The position numbers and the translations under genes were made by a program. Under the pieces are notes generated by a model. That model did not search any database and was not told the origin of the DNA. It saw only the letters and a list, made by a program, of their open reading frames with translations. 64,000 nucleotides of DNA from Rhodothermales bacterium (GTDB lineage Bacteria > Bacteroidota > Rhodothermia > Rhodothermales > Bin80): contig OZ241385.1 in NCBI GenBank assembly GCA_965200825.1, forward strand, positions 461,276-525,275. Direction: 5' to 3'. Of the stretch, positions 62,506-64,000 are shown one piece after another; the stretch's first letter is position 1, and the number at the start of each line of letters is the position of its first letter.

Positions 62506-64000
62506 ATGAATCGACTGCGTGTGTTTCTCTTTTTTATAGGAGTAATATTTGTGATGGACGCCTCCGCTGTGAGTGCACAAGACACGGGGCGCATCCGGGG
62601 CGTCGTTTATCAGACTGATGATGCATCAGTTGTGAACGATGCTACCGTTACCTTGGTTGGCTTGAATTATTCCCAAAGGGTGAATGAATCGGGGGAATTT
62701 GTCTTTGAAGATGTTACCCCGGGTTCGGTGCTTTTGCGTGCTGAGAGTCCATCTTGGGGGCAAAATTCAAAAACAATCATAGTAACTGCTGGCGAAACGA
62801 TTGAAATTGATATTGAGGTCGGTCTATCTTTGCGTTTGGAGGAGATTGTAGTATCTGCAGGTCCTACTGCTGTAAGTCGCTCGGAACTGGTGAATCCAGT
62901 GGGTGTCATAACCGAAAACGATCTCCGTGAACTGGGTGGATTCAATTTAGGAGAATCGTTGAAAAATCAGGCGGGCATGGCATCCACGTATTTTGGACCT
63001 GGTGCCAGCCGCCCCATTATTGGTGGCGTTGGGGGGAGCAGAGTCAAAATTCTCCGGCATGGTTTGGATGTCGGCGATGTGAGTGACCAAAGTGAAGATC
63101 ACGCTGTAAGTGTCGATGCTTTTGGTGCCAAGCGAATCGAAATTATTCGTGGCCCGGCGGCACTTTTGTACGGAAGTAATATTACCGGTGGGGTGGTGCA
63201 TATTCTTGATGGGCGAATTCCCAACGAAAAGCCGGTGAACCGGATTGAGGGAACGATTCTGGGGAGAGGTGGACTGGGGGCTAGTGAGCGTGGTGGTGGC
63301 GGAAATTTGACAGGTGCTTTTGGAAATCTCGTGTGGCGTGCAAGTGGCTTATTACGTGAAACAGGAGATGTTTCCACACCTTTGTTCAATCCAGAGGACG
63401 TTCACGAGGAAGGAGAGCATCATGATGACCACGAGGATCATGATGAACATGAAGAGGAAGAACCTCGTCTAGTAGATCATATCGAAAACTCAAATACATC
63501 TTTATCAAGAGGTTCGTTGGGTATGTCTTGGCTTGGTACGCGAGGGTATATTGGAGCAGCTGTCAGCTTCCACAACACTGATTACGGTGTTCCCGGCGGT
63601 CATATGCATTCGCACGGCGATCACGAGGATCATGGCGACCACGAAGACCACGAAGACCACGAGGACCACGAGGACCATGGCGATCACGAGGATCATGAAG
63701 AAGAGGAAACCTCCGTGTCTTTAGATCTAAACTCCGTTACATACGATGTTGAAGGAGCCTATCGCTTTGGTGATGGATTTGTTAATGGTCTTCGTGCAAG
63801 AATTGGTGTGACAGATTATAAACATACCGAACTGGAACAATCTGAGTCAGGCCCGGATGTAGTTGGTATCGTTTATGAAAATAATCAATGGGCAGGACGC
63901 CTTGAACTGGATCATTCACTTTATCCCAATACAAAAGGTGTCATTGGAATACAGGCAAGAAGACGAGATTTGGACCTACAATCTGTTGGAGATCATTCAA
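62506..64000 (+). CDS. TonB-dependent receptor with carboxypeptidase-regulatory-like N-domain and His-rich loops; 3' end runs off the window
   Basis: Open frame from the ATG at 62506 to the window end; the track missed it because there is no stop. Signal peptide MNRLRVFLFFIGVIFVMDASAVSAQ, then …GRIRGVVYQTDDASVVNDATVTL…, and a plug …IEIIRGPAALLYGSNITGGVVHI…. Two His/Asp/Glu-rich runs: HEEGEHHDDHEDHDEHEEEE and HMHSHGDHEDHGDHEDHEDHEDHEDHGDHEDHEEEE. Confidence 0.75.
   Translation, partial: MNRLRVFLFFIGVIFVMDASAVSAQDTGRIRGVVYQTDDASVVNDATVTLVGLNYSQRVNESGEFVFEDVTPGSVLLRAESPSWGQNSKTIIVTAGETIEIDIEVGLSLRLEEIVVSAGPTAVSRSELVNPVGVITENDLRELGGFNLGESLKNQAGMASTYFGPGASRPIIGGVGGSRVKILRHGLDVGDVSDQSEDHAVSVDAFGAKRIEIIRGPAALLYGSNITGGVVHILDGRIPNEKPVNRIEGTILGRGGLGASERGGGGNLTGAFGNLVWRASGLLRETGDVSTPLFNPEDVHEEGEHHDDHEDHDEHEEEEPRLVDHIENSNTSLSRGSLGMSWLGTRGYIGAAVSFHNTDYGVPGGHMHSHGDHEDHGDHEDHEDHEDHEDHGDHEDHEEEETSVSLDLNSVTYDVEGAYRFGDGFVNGLRARIGVTDYKHTELEQSESGPDVVGIVYENNQWAGRLELDHSLYPNTKGVIGIQARRRDLDLQSVGDHS

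Noticed and set aside
63400-63720. Short direct nucleotide repeats (gaccacgaagaccacgaggaccac…) that could look like a repeat array
   Set aside because: They are in frame inside the TonB-receptor ORF and encode His/Asp/Glu low-complexity loops. No spacer-repeat architecture, so not CRISPR.
1-64000. Search for tRNA, rRNA and CRISPR arrays
   Set aside because: No cloverleaf-compatible segments with a GTTC/TΨC-type arm were found in intergenic regions, no rRNA-like sequence, and no regularly spaced direct repeats with unique spacers.

Overview
This 64-kb window is mostly a housekeeping chromosome segment with several mobile-element scars and small accessory cassettes. It is probably from a Bacteroidota/Rhodothermota/Balneolota-like bacterium; that is an inference from gene content (histone H1-like small basic protein, DUF2723, LptF/G-like permease, PnuC, TAT-secreted Gfo/Idh/MocA enzymes, no strong SD sites). 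Core genes that are readable: clpB, smc, a RidA-like protein, a MacA/MacB-type ABC efflux operon behind an ECF sigma/anti-sigma pair with two LTXXQ (CpxP/Spy-like) proteins, pfk, amt-glnK, nfeD-flotillin, an M16 peptidase, pnuC, an ABC-F ATPase, a polyprenyl-phosphate sugar transferase, an M20 amidohydrolase, nadC, accA, a GT2 glycosyltransferase, rsmI, an MBL hydrolase, DUF2723, ybeY, htpX and a partial TonB-dependent receptor. Mobile and accessory content: (1) an intact 1.63-kb IS4/IS5-superfamily IS with perfect terminal inverted repeats, splitting a TAT-signal Gfo/Idh/MocA oxidoreductase gene into two in-frame pieces; (2) two ~355-bp direct repeats that are 3'-end fragments of an ISL3-like transposase gene, bracketing a tightly coupled two-gene cassette (DUF4365-like PD-(D/E)xK-type protein plus a 382-aa protein with no recognisable motifs); this is the best candidate for an undescribed mobile defence/addiction-type system; (3) a solo TnpB (IS1341-like) converging into the 3' end of the ABC-F gene; (4) a HEPN/MNT pair beside a secreted 4x ComEA-HhH plus DUF1524 nuclease; (5) a diverged IS fragment truncating a lipoprotein gene; (6) an orphan kinase-fold protein with a DxHxxN motif. 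No rRNA, tRNA or CRISPR array was seen.
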